A stretch of DNA of 64,000 bases from Camelus dromedarius (taxonomy: Eukaryota): assembly GCF_036321535.1 (NCBI RefSeq), contig NC_087436.1, positions 87,918,001-87,982,000 of the forward strand, given 5' to 3'. The translations under genes and the position numbers were made by a program. The notes beneath the pieces were generated by a model that saw nothing but the letters and a program-made list of their open reading frames with translations, did no database searches and was not told the origin of the DNA. Positions 12,925-24,341 of the stretch are shown here, piece by piece; position 1 is the first letter of the stretch; every line of letters starts with the position of its first letter.

Positions 12925-15900
12925 TACTTGGGTGTCTACTACATGCATCATGTCCTTTGTCAGTTGCCAGAGTCCATTTTCTAAAGGAAAGTAGCAAGGG
13001 AGGCAAATACACTTGTTGAAGCTAATGTAATACTCTAGGCAACAGACGGCTGCATTAACTGCAATGGGAGTGTAGATGGAGGTAGACAGTCTACAGAGAT
13101 ATTTAAGAGCTGGACTAGAGAATGAATATTTGTTGAACAAAGCAGGTAAGGCATAGAACGGAAGGAAAATGCCTCAGTTTCCTGGATGGAGAGTGATGTC
13201 TTTCAGACATGGGGAATACAAAGGAACTGATTTGTGGAGAAATGAGCTCAGTTTAGAATGTTCGAGGAGCTTGTAGGAGGGCCATCCATGTGGAGATACG
13301 CAGATTATGATTCTGGAGCAGATATCTTAGCTAGAGAAAATCATGTGATTTAGAGCAATAAATGGTCACGAAAGCCCATATTATTGCTGGATAGTATATA
13401 GACTGAAACTCAAAGTCAAACTGTGAAGAACACCACAAGTGGAGAAAGAGAGCTCACACTAGAATGTAAGCACCAAGAGTTCACAGATTTTTTTGTCTTT
13501 TAGTATTGCATACCAAAAACAGTGTATAGTGCATATCAGACACTCAAAAAACTTATGAAAAAATGGAGAAGTTGACTGAGATAGGAGAAAAACCAGAAGA
13601 ATGTGCTGTAATGGAAATCAAGGGAAGAGTAAAATTTTAAGGACTGGTTAAAGTTGTATAATGGTCAAAAACAAAAACTGTCCATTGAATTTAAGCAACA
13701 AAGAGGCTGTGTTGGTAAGTTTTAGCACATGTTAGAATACACGCATAATCTATGACACAGACTGCAGTGGGATAAAAGAAATAAAAAGTTAAGTGCTCAT
13801 TTATGAAGTCTGGTTTCAAACGCAAGACAGCTGGGAGCAGCTGTAAAGGGATATAAGAGAAGATTTTTCTTTTTTATGTTCTCAAGTTAGAACAGAACTG
13901 AGCATGTTTAAATGTTTTGATAGAAAAGGAATGAGGATACAGGAAGCAGCTAAGACTAGGAAGAGTATGACACCCTGTAGATGAAAGCATATACAAGATG
14001 TTAGGCATTTGGATTAAATGCAGAATGTCTTGATGGATTCTGAATTCCTTTTCTAAAGTCTCTCCCATTTTTTTTTTTTGAGATTGACTTTTTAATTAGA
14101 ATACCTCACCCCAAAAAATAAGACCCCAATACAATTTCAGTAATAACAAAAGCCCTTAATTCTGGTTAATAGTTAAATGAGTGACATATCACTCAATGTT
14201 CTTTTCTTTATTTTTCACTCAAAGCATCAAAGCCTCAGCAGTAAAACAACTCTGACCAAGGTGTAAAGATGACATACTCAACAGAAAATGTTATTCCACA
14301 AATTAGGTTAAGTCATTTTCAACAATTTATCCTTTCTAAAAAATGGATTACTAAATTCCACTGAAAGGCTCCAGGCTCAGTCATTATGAACAATTACAGA
14401 GAAAGACGTTGAACACTGTTGCTGCTCATGGCATGACTTTTGCTAATGAAATCACAGAAGCACAAATCATCATTAATGACAAGTCAAATAATTAATCACC
14501 AAATGGTGACTAGGAATCCAAGAGGATTTTTGCTACAAGAATAATCTGTCTCCTCAGTACTAGGCCCTAATATTTTCAGTAGGATTCACTCTAATATATC
14601 ACAACAGTCCTATCAGGGTGTATGTGCAACTAGAAAAAGGGAATTTCTCTGTCTGGTTCAGTTATGTGTATAATTAGTTACATGTAGGAGCGAGGCATTC
14701 CCAAGCTAAGCAAAAAAAATAATCCAACAGTGGTGTGATTTCATTGCTGAAGATAAAATGTCTAAGTGAGTAGATGCAATTTGATCCTCTGAATTTTTAC
14801 TGCTTCTGCCTTAATTCAAGCTGTCCAGTCTCCTACTCTTCTTAAGCCCAAAAGCTCCAAAATTTTGCCTTCTTTGAAACCTACTCAAAACGACCATTTC
14901 TCCTGGTTCTACCTTACCTATTCAATGGAGTTTCCACTCGAGAAATTCTGCCACTCCAGCCATCTCAGTCTCCTACTGTCCCTCCCAAAAGTCATGCTTA
15001 TTATTCTGATAACCAAATCCTTCCTTCCTGAGATATTCTTCCTTCTCTTTTAATCTAATTCTTGCTCATTTCCAAAATTCCCTTCTTTTCAGAATTTTTC
15101 CTTCATTACAGTAGCCCAGCAGAGATCTTTCTTCTGGAAAACCTACAGCTCTTTTAGTCTCTACTATACAACTTAGAAGCTTATTAAATGTTTAATTATA
15201 TTCTCTATTTGCTTCAACATTGTGTTCACATTGTTTCCTCACATGAACTACGAGCAGCTCTTAAATTTCATCTGTATAATTCCACTTCCTCCCCCAAATG
15301 CCTAGCTCCAATCATTTGTTAAATGACTGACAGAACTAAGAGAAATAAAATGGGCAGTACAGTAAGACTCTATAACCTCTCCATTCATAGCTCCCTGTGC
15401 CAGTTTTTCCTTAAAAGTAATGTGATTAAAATGTCTATTTCATACTACAGAAACAATCCTAGTCTATAAAAGAATTTAGTTCTAAAAGAAGTCTAAGAGG
15501 ATGTATGTCTTGACTTGTTTGCATTTTAAAAATTCCTGTCACAGTAACACACTGTAGTGAGGTTCTTTGGGAATTCTTGAAATAAAAAAATTTTACATAA
15601 AAAGTCTTCCCACTTCCCTCCAAAACTACTCTTCTCAACTAGTTGTGTTGCTATGCTGTCTAAGTAAGTACTTCATTCTGCTAATGTGAAAAGGCTAAAA
15701 CTTCCTATCATAGTCACATTTTAGGAGGAGCTAGTTAATTTAAAGAACAGATTTCTAGGATATGTAGCGGCATCCTAAGGTAACCATCCTTTTCTGAACA
15801 CTTTCTAATTCCAAGAAGACAGTTCACAAAACAAATGTAATGAGCATTTATTTCTATTGTTAATTTAAAGATGTAGAGGCTGACACATTTAATACTTAAT

Positions 15901-15989
15901 CTAAACTCAACTCCACAATCTAAGGCAATAGAATTTGGGACAAGGAAGGATCCCCACTCCATTATTTTAAGATAAATCTGGTTTAGGGA

Positions 15990-16130
15990 GCTGGGGAACT
16001 CCTGACCTTTAAGCCAGTATGTAAGAATCACCTGGAACCACAACTCAAACATTCCAATTCAGTAGGTCTGGGATGGGGCCGTGAATCTGCATTTCTAACA
16101 AGCTCCTAGCTGATAGTGATGTGGATGGCA
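15990..16130. mobile_element. MER5A-like MITE
   Basis: AGAATCACCTGG...ATTCAGTAGGTCTGGGATGGGGCCGTGAATCTGCATTTCTAACAAGCTCC matches recalled MER5A. Confidence 0.7.
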
Positions 16131-16413
16131 TACCTATACCAGGTTTGTCTGTCTTCCTGTAAACTACCACTGGCTTTTAGTTACTTTTTTGCTCTTATAG
16201 TGTTAAAGTTACTATCGTGTAGGAGGACATCAAATTCTCAAATTTAATATTTGAATCATTGGATCCATGGAGACATAACTCTTCTGATGTTGCAGAAATT
16301 TATCAGTGATGTTTAATATGACACATTCCCACATGTGAGTTAGCTAAAGATGAGGAAAATAAAATATTATGATATCCAAAGTGCTAAACAAATTCAAAGT
16401 TTAAAATACTTAC

Positions 16414-16467
16414 CTTTACTAATCAATCCTTGAGTAATCAACATACTTGTTGCAGCCAAAGGTACAG
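16414..16467 (-). CDS. OCIAD1: OCIAD1 coding exon 3 (S)VPLAATSMLITQGLISK
   Basis: ttccccctatag|CT GTA CCT ... AAA G|gtaagt; 54 nt; hydrophobic OCIA helix. Confidence 0.96.
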
Positions 16468-17359
16468 CTATAGGGGGAAAAAGAACTTGTCAACACCAAC
16501 AAAAGGGAAAGATTTTGTCTGAGTTCATTAGAATAAACATGTATCAGTAAAACCAATTAGGAAGTAAGTGGCACAATTAACATCTGTAAGAGATTTTTCC
16601 ACTTTTAAAAGCTGTACTGTATATATTCAGAGAAATATAAAAAGCATTTTAAATTTAAGAAAATATCAAACAATATCATTTAAGAACCACCCAGATTTAG
16701 ACTCTAAAAGCCATTCACTAACATCATCAATTAAAACAACATAGTAAATACTGACCAAAAGTTACTTCTGGAGTTAAAGGTGGAAAAAATTAATGTTGAG
16801 GGAGGCAAGAAGCATATTATAAATAACAAGAGCCACTACTGAGTAACTGCTAAGTGCCTAATGTACATTATCTCATTTACTTTTTACCACATCTCTATGA
16901 GGTAGGTATTATTATTATTACTATCCTTTTAAAGACAAGGAAACTGACGTTTAGAGATGTTAAGTAATTTGTTTAAGGTCACACAGCCACTTCAATGGCA
17001 GGTTCTGGATGCCAGTGAATTCTATCTGATACCAGATCTCAAGTTTTTAAGTTCTATATTATACTGAGTGAACCAATATACAAGATATATTTACCTAAAA
17101 TCATATGGTGATCAGGGCAAGAATTAAAAAGCATGTATTTTAAATACTAATGCTCTTTCTCCTAAGTTAGTGAATTCCAAAAAAACCAAATGAAAATATG
17201 ATGTATATATGCACATTAACCCAAACTGAAAAATCCAAAGCTCTCATCATAATTTCAAAGGGGCTCATAATTTAAGAAATCAGTCTTCTACACCCACACT
17301 ATCCAAAAGAATTTTCTTCAACGATGAGAGCAGTCTGTATCTGTTTTCCAGTTCGGTAG

Positions 17360-17821
17360 TATGCAGGAAAAAGTTAACACAGCAGCCCTGAGACTGCTTT
17401 CCTTACAACGGCCGGCTTGCAAAGTTGGTCCTCAGCTTGTATCTGGGAGCTTGACTGGTAAACTGGTAGAAAACTTTACCCAAATAGTAAGTGGCTCATT
17501 ATGCCAAACCATTTGTACAAATACAGTTCACACTAAACACCTCCTTTCCTTCTGGGAGTCTGGAATTTTGTTATCTGCCAGGCTGAGGGTGCCTACGTGA
17601 CCAGCACCTGATAAAAACCCTGGGTGTTGAGTCTCTAACGAGACTCTTTGGTAGATAATACTTCACATGTATTACTACAACATGCGAATAGAGAAATTTA
17701 GCACATTCTTTGTGTGACCCCATTGGGAGAGGACACTTAGAAGCTTGTGCCTGGTCTCCTCTGGATTTCACCCACACTCCTTTCTCTTTGCTGATTTTCC
17801 TTTGTATCTTTTCTGCTGTAA
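17360..17821 (+). mobile_element. MER68-like ERVL LTR, 3'-truncated, inserted in a MER3 element
   Basis: TATGCAGGAAAAAGTTAACACAGCAGCCCTGAGACTGCT...CTTCTGGGAGTCTGGAATTTTG...GGGTGCCTACGTGACCAGC matches recalled MER68; MER3 pieces flank it (about 17295-17359 and 17825-17872). Confidence 0.8.
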
Positions 17822-17880
17822 GTTATTTTAAATTGAAATAGCTACATGTGGCTGCTACACTGAACAGTGCAGTTCCAGAC

Positions 17881-18193
17881 TAGGGGTTAGGAAATGTTCT
17901 GTAAAGAGCCATGTGGTAAATATTTTAGGTTTTGTGGGCCAGTCTTTGTTCTAACTACTTAACTGCCATTTTAAAGCAAAAGCACTGAGACAATACATAA
18001 GCAAATGAACACAACTGTGTTCCAGTAAAACTTTTTATGGATGCAAAAATATGAATTTCATGTAATTTTCACATGTAATGAAATACTCTTCTTTTGACTT
18101 TTTTTTCAGCTATTAAGAAATGTGAAACACATTCTTAGCTTATAGCCATACAAAACCAGATTTGGTCCTTGAACTGTAGCTTGCTCAACCCTG
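17881..18193 (+). mobile_element. MER58B-like hAT-Charlie MITE
   Basis: TAGGGGTTAGGAAATGTTCTGTAAAGAGCCA...GTAAATATTTTAGG...GCTTGCTCAACCCTG. Confidence 0.75.
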
Positions 18194-20891
18194 GTCTAGT
18201 CTGGGCAATTTAAGCAAAGTCATTAAGACATCTGAATTATTATAGAGATTTCATGATTAAAATCCATAACTCTGGAATACTGCCATCAGACACAATTTGC
18301 AGAAACCCTAAGTTCTGAATCTTTGCTCTACTCCTTACAAACAGATTTTACATTTGCTGGAAAAATGATCTAATGGTGGTTGGTTGGAATGTCTTCATGC
18401 ATTATTATTTAAGGTTTTTCAAAGGATAAGTCCTTTTAATTATAGCATCAGGACAAGTTGCAATCATTTTTTTCCTTCAGTTTAATTCAAGGATTGCAAC
18501 ATGAAGCACTGAAGAATCATATAAGAATAAAAGGCAATGAGTTAGTTGACCATCTCTACAATGGACAATATTTTCCCCATTTTGCTTTCTTTCTAGGCCA
18601 AGATGGTATGACGCAGAGTAATCATCTGGTTAAGGAGATTCCAGCACTAGTTCTGCCACTCACCATGGTCTTTGCATAAATCTCTTAACTTCTTTTCATG
18701 CTATCAAAGGTAACAGATTAGAACTAAGGTATCTATCCAATTCATGTATTGTCAAAGAGAATGGTAAAATTCAAACAGACTTCAGAGATTATCTAGTCTT
18801 CATCCTAATCAGAGTACTGATACCCAGAAAGAACAAGTCATTTGATCAAAGCAACACAAATGGTTAGTTTGTGGTACAGCTGAGATCAAAACCCAAGTCT
18901 CCTGACTCCCAGGTCAATGGCCTTTTCTACTGCACTACATGATTCCTACTGCAGACGGAGTCTATTAAATAATGTTTCTTAAGGCCATTCAATAACACTG
19001 CTGACCAGACACTATTCTGTATTATGGCCATGGTCCCAATCATATCCAACACAAGGACTCCTAAAATTCCTTTAACTCTTTTTCTCCTATACTAGCAAAG
19101 TGCTTCTCTAAATTCATTATTTTCAACAGAAACTTTTATTTTATTAATCACAATAGCATTAACAGCCATTTAATAAAATACCTTAACATTTATAACAAAT
19201 TAAATTGAATTAATCCCTAGAACATTCCAATGAGATTGGTCAATATTACCTCCAAGTAACAGATAGGGAAACTGAAGCATACAAACATCAGGAACTTCTC
19301 CCAAATCTCAAAGCTAATATGTGATAGAGCTGTAATTTGAATCCATACAGTCAGGCCTCAGTCAATGCTCTTATAAATCACTATACTGTCTCATTTGAAA
19401 ACCAGAAGTACACATGTATGAAATATTATTCACAAAACCCTATAAAAGATGAATGAAACAAATATGAATTCATACACCTTTTCAGCAATTTCAGAGGTTG
19501 AGACCTACTGTAAAATATAATACACATTAAACTAACCCTTTTATGTAGATTCTTTCAATACCTGTGTATTTGGGCAAAGAGACAACGAGTTGTACACCTT
19601 CTCATCCTTCTAACCCATCCTGTACACTGCTAACTAATGTTTCCTTAAAAATCTTACACATCCCCTTGGCCCAAGAACCTACAATATATAATAAATCAAA
19701 CCTTAAACTCCTGAGTATTATGTTTATTTTCTACCCCCAGTAAAAGACCTCTGCTCCAATCAGTTCAGCCTCAAAGCTCTAGTTGAGATCAAGTTATTGC
19801 AGATTCTGCCTTTGCTCACTATTCCTTTCATCTAAACGCTTCTCCACCGTTCATTCACCTGAAGTCCAATTAGTTAAGTCTCACTTGTTTAACAATGTCT
19901 TTTTAGCTAAATCAATTTCAATTTATTTATCTCTTTTTAACATTTCTATCACTGTTATGCACTTAATCTTTATCAAAGTGCTTCATGAGTTAGCTCTGTT
20001 TCAACTACATCATAAAACTACTTTAGGACAAAGACTATGTCTCATAAAACACCTTCCAAGCATAGTAACTTACACACTACATAAATACCAGGCAGACTGA
20101 TGAAAACGTACATCCTCTTTAATAAGTTACCTCCTCCCTTTACAAATGCCATCTTGCTTTTTTTTTTTTTAGAATTACCTTATCTGAAAGGATTGCAGTG
20201 ATCAAGTCAATCAACAACAGGGTTCTATCCAAAAGGAAGATTATGTTTTGTGTTGCTTTCAGCATTCTGTTTTTAAAAATAAAATCTTCATGTATACGGT
20301 CTCTAGTAAGAAATCAACAGCTGGTAATGTAGTAACATCTCACAATGATAAAACAGAAACTAACCAGTTTTTATCATGTAATGATTGAAAGTTTAAGAGT
20401 TAAAATCATGAGCTGGCTTCAAGTCTAGACACCACTGCTTACCAGCTGTGTAACACTGGATAACTCTTTAACGTCTCCAAACCTCAATTTCTTCATCTTT
20501 AAAGTGAGGGTAATAGTTATCAACCTTACTGGGTTGTTTTTACATAATCCATGTACAATCAGTTAAATGCTATTATTAATAACCAACAAAAATACTTCAT
20601 GGTCTTGACAAAAGTTCCAGAAATCACTATTTTAAAATGCATACAATTCTGATCATTTCATGATGTATGCAAATGTCAAACTACTATGTAGTATGCTTGA
20701 AACTAACATATTATCACATCGACTATATTTCAATAAAAAATTTAAATAAATGTATATAATTCTATTTCCTTAGTCAACTTCTTTTAGCAATAACTACACT
20801 AATGCCAAAAGTCTGCCCATTTTTTCTATATGAAATCATTGTAATTTCAGGTCCTACAGTCAGATTTTGTTGATTAGAAAATTTAACTTAC

Positions 20892-20972
20892 ATCTGAACC
20901 AGAAGCTTTCATCATTGCATTCTGCAAAGACTCTTCTTTCTTCCTCTGTTGGAATGTAATCAGCCCCTATGT
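20892..20972 (-). CDS. OCIAD1: OCIAD1 coding exon 2 (H)IGADYIPTEEERRVFAECNDESFWFR
   Basis: ataaaaag|AC ATA GGG ... AGA T|gtaagt; 81 nt; start of the OCIA domain (EEE.RVF.ECN.ESFW.R). Confidence 0.97.
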
Positions 20973-21165
20973 CTTTTTATCAAGGAAAATTGGCAAACAT
21001 TAAAACATCCACGGAAAAACTAAATGTAAAAAATTACCTGTCTATACATTAATAAAACATACTTTTTTTTTTAAAATTAAGTAATGTAACGAGTAGCTTG
21101 TATACTTTTAGCAAATCTTTACTTCAAGCATGCAAGTCTGTGTTACCATTCACTGGCTATGTAGT

Positions 21166-21320
21166 CAGGACTGGCTACAGAATGGGCTGGGTCCAGAGGA
21201 AAATTAAAATTTGAAACCCTTTGTTCAAATTAAGAATTAAAAATGGCAAGAGGACATCATTAAACCAAGTGTGGATCTGTGTGTGACTGTACAGGTCACA
21301 GACCCATGAAGCCAGTCCAG
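21166..21320 (-). mobile_element. MER45A-like hAT-Tip100 MITE
   Basis: TIR-like ends CAGGACTGGCT ... AGCCAGTCCAG and internal GTGTGACTGTACAGGTCACAGACCCATGAAG match recalled MER45A. Confidence 0.75.
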
Positions 21321-21399
21321 TGGCTACTGTTACTCAAGGCAGTGAAAATTTCTCTTCATAAAAAGTGCTTCTAGTTATAAATACTTAATTGATAGTTAC

Positions 21400-21457
21400 G
21401 GGGAATTGGTCTTGGAACTTCTGCATTCGGCTCTCGATAATCAGCCCTCCCATTCAT
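21400..21457 (-). CDS. OCIAD1: OCIAD1 first coding exon MNGRADYREPNAEVPRPIP (exon spans 21400-21462 with 5 nt of 5'UTR)
   Basis: tgatgcag|GAAAG ATG AAT GGG AGG GCT GAT TAT ... CCC C|gtaact. The eight exons (58+81+54+48+136+176+153+38 = 744 nt) join in frame to a 247-aa OCIA domain-containing protein 1. Confidence 0.97.
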
Positions 21458-22499
21458 CTTTCCTGCATCAAAAACATTTATGTTAGGTATTAGAAACGAT
21501 TGAGATTGGTCAAAATAAATCAAGATATAGTATATAAAATTACTAGTCTACATGGCAGCCAATCAACAAATACTTACTAAACACTACGACATCTGAAGTA
21601 CTCAACGTAAAAACTTACCTAAACAAAAAAGTCACAGACCTATAATTTAGATCCCTTAATTGAAAAAGAAAAGATGCTTTGCTAAGTAGTTACCAACTGA
21701 TTTTATCAAATTAAGATACAAAAGGTTATTAAAAATTTTTTAAAAACATTATTTTTCCTCCTGAAGCTGGTTTATTTCACATTATCCTATGTTTGGATCC
21801 TTTCAGAAATATATGTCCAATTACTAGGATAATACTCCAAAAGAGGAGAATTCCCAAGTCATTTCTGCGCTTCCATTTTAAAAAATTGAAATAATCATCA
21901 GGAAACATACTACCTCTCCCACAAAGCAGGACTTCAAAAAAAAATGAAATAACAAAGACGTCATATCGTTCTCCCTGTGGCGTGAAGCTAACAGTACATT
22001 CTGTATCCTCTAAACTTTCCTCCCTCCTCAAAGAGAGGCCTCGAAAAATATACGAGATATAAAAAGAGCATATACTCTTATTTTTAATCCATGCCTCCAG
22101 ATTTAAGAGCCCAACAGATTAGATAATTATGTATTTTACAGGCTGTTCACATAGGATCGTGATTGTTCCCATTTTAAAGAAATTTAAATAAAACGGGAAA
22201 TGTCATACGCGATGAGGATAGCAACTGAGGCCCTTTCACAATTCACTTATTTAATAAATCATCACTGAGGACTCACTACGCACCAATTCCTTGGCTAAAG
22301 AAAAAGAACAAAAAGAATAAATTCATGGATGGATGGATGGAGACTGCTGAGTAAGCTACTTATATACCAAAACAACTGTAAAAGAAAAATCCCTTATTTC
22401 CCACAACAGCATCCTACCTAGAAAGACTGCCAAGGTTGACAAAGCCCCTTTAAACAGCATCATTTTAATCTCTTAATCCCAAAGAATAAAAACTGAATT

Positions 22500-23410
22500 A
22501 CACCCCCTCGTCCTATGACCGTCGATTCCCGCACTCCATCCCCCCATCCACTGCGTCTCCCACCTGCAACACCTACACACATCCGTCACCAATAATTCCT
22601 CCCACCAACACTCCCCAGACACGCTCCCTCACCAACCCGGTCACCGGCACCCAGGAGCCCGAGACCCAAAGCGCGATCGGCCCACCCTCGCAGGCGGGAA
22701 AATGGCGGAAGGTGCAGGGGAGCGCCTGGCCGCGGGCAAGCGGTGAGTGGGTAGATGGGCGCCGGAACGGGGCTTTCTGCGTCACCTCACCCACCTCCCG
22801 ACGACAGCGCGGGCAACAGCGCGGCAAGTGCGGGCGACCAGGGGCGAAAGCTAGGAGGGGATCTGAGAGGGGCTGGGGGGGAGGGGAGGGCGGGATTGCA
22901 GAGGAGTTGGGGGTGGGGAGCGGTCAAGGATGCGGCTACCAAGAAGTCACCCAGAAACGGGATCAAAATGACCGCGACCCGGAAGCACTGGCGACCTAAG
23001 GAAGGAAATGACGTCAAGACCTCCCTGCGGAGTCTAAGGGCGAGCAGCCTCGGAATAGACGTCTGCGCCTGCGTCTGTCTGCGCCGTCCTCCTCTGCTCG
23101 TCCCTCCTCCCTTCCCCTACAAGGCCGCGGCGCGCACAGGCCAAGCTGCGGCTGCGCCAGCCTACAGACCCGCGCCCCGCTCACCCCCTCCCTGCGCCGC
23201 GCCGGAGGCTTGGCTTTGAGCTGCTGCGACGCGCTGCGTTGATCTTCAGTGACCCGCGAGCAGGAACGTTCTGGAGCCCCCTTTTATACCCTTGTTGAGT
23301 GTTACGGACTTTTCTTGGCTTTCTCTGTTTTTAGGCTTTACGTAGTTCATTTGTTTCTTTGAGGCTCTAGGCTAAGTAGTAGCTGGTAATTATTAGGCAT
23401 GCGCAGTTGG
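22500..23410. promoter_or_regulatory. OCIAD1: CpG island / OCIAD1 promoter
   Basis: GC- and CpG-rich block about 1 kb upstream of the ATG exon; CRE TGACGTCA 23009-23016, ETS CCGGAAG 22979-22985, YY1-like AAAATGGCGG 22699-22708, NRF1-like GCATGCGCAG 23397-23406. Confidence 0.9.
22791..22975 (-). other. OCIAD1: Probable non-coding first exon of OCIAD1 (start site approximate)
   Basis: Minus-strand donor GGTGG|gtgagg at 22790 inside the CpG island, downstream of the ETS/CRE motifs; the ATG exon begins with an acceptor, so an upstream exon is required. Confidence 0.5.
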
Positions 23411-24341
23411 CTGCCTGGCTGACTTCTGAGCCTAGCTTCTGACTAGTTCTGGAACCTCAGGCATGGTAAATTCTTGCTCTCGCTGAGCCTCAGGTATTTC
23501 TTATCTGAAAAATGGAGATAAGACCTACCTTACAGTGTTGTTACAATTAAAACAGCACACGTAAAAGAAGGTTTAACCGCTCAGTGTTCTATTAATGGAA
23601 GTTTATATTTGAATGTGGGGTTCATGGCTTCTGTTCATCAGACGTCCTGCTGTTACACTCGACCACCATTTAGTCATTTATTCATTCTACAAATACTTGC
23701 TGAGTGCCTGCTGCGAGCCAGGTACTGAAAGTTAACAGTGAACAATCAGCCCTACCCGCTTGTTTAACTCCTAAAACCTCTGTTTTCTTTTTCTGAGCTC
23801 CACTGCCACAGTCCTCATTTCATCTCACTGCCTCAAATTTATTGTCTCACAGACATATTTCGGAGAGGCAGCTGATGGCAAGCCATCTAAAACACAAATC
23901 CAGTCCTGTGGTTCCTTTCTTAGGTTGTTTTGGAATCTCCTATCATGCAAAGAATATAAGGCCCTTTCATGGCTTGGCTTGGCCTCTGTTCTCTTGAACT
24001 TCACTCTCTTCTATTGTAGCATTCATCATAATAAGAAACACAGCCTGCAGCTCTTTGCACTCACAGTTCCTCTATGCTGTTCCCCCTGGCACGACCCTCC
24101 TCCCTGCCTTGTCAGCTCTGTTGGTATTTCAAAATCCTACTTTTCACATTACCCCTTGCGAAGCCTTCACTGAAACACACCCCAGAGAATTAATTACTCC
24201 TCCTTCTTAGCACTTCTTTACTTTGTACATACTTCTGTCACTACAATGTCTTTCTGCCTCTCTTTTGTGATCTTTTTGCTTGTCTTTCTCGGTTACAGAG
24301 CTCCTTTCAGACAGAGACCTTGGCTTATAAATCTTTGTACT

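Noticed and set aside
22573..23219. ORFs in the OCIAD1 CpG island
   Set aside because: Same GC artefact; the real ATG lies in the 21400-21462 exon.
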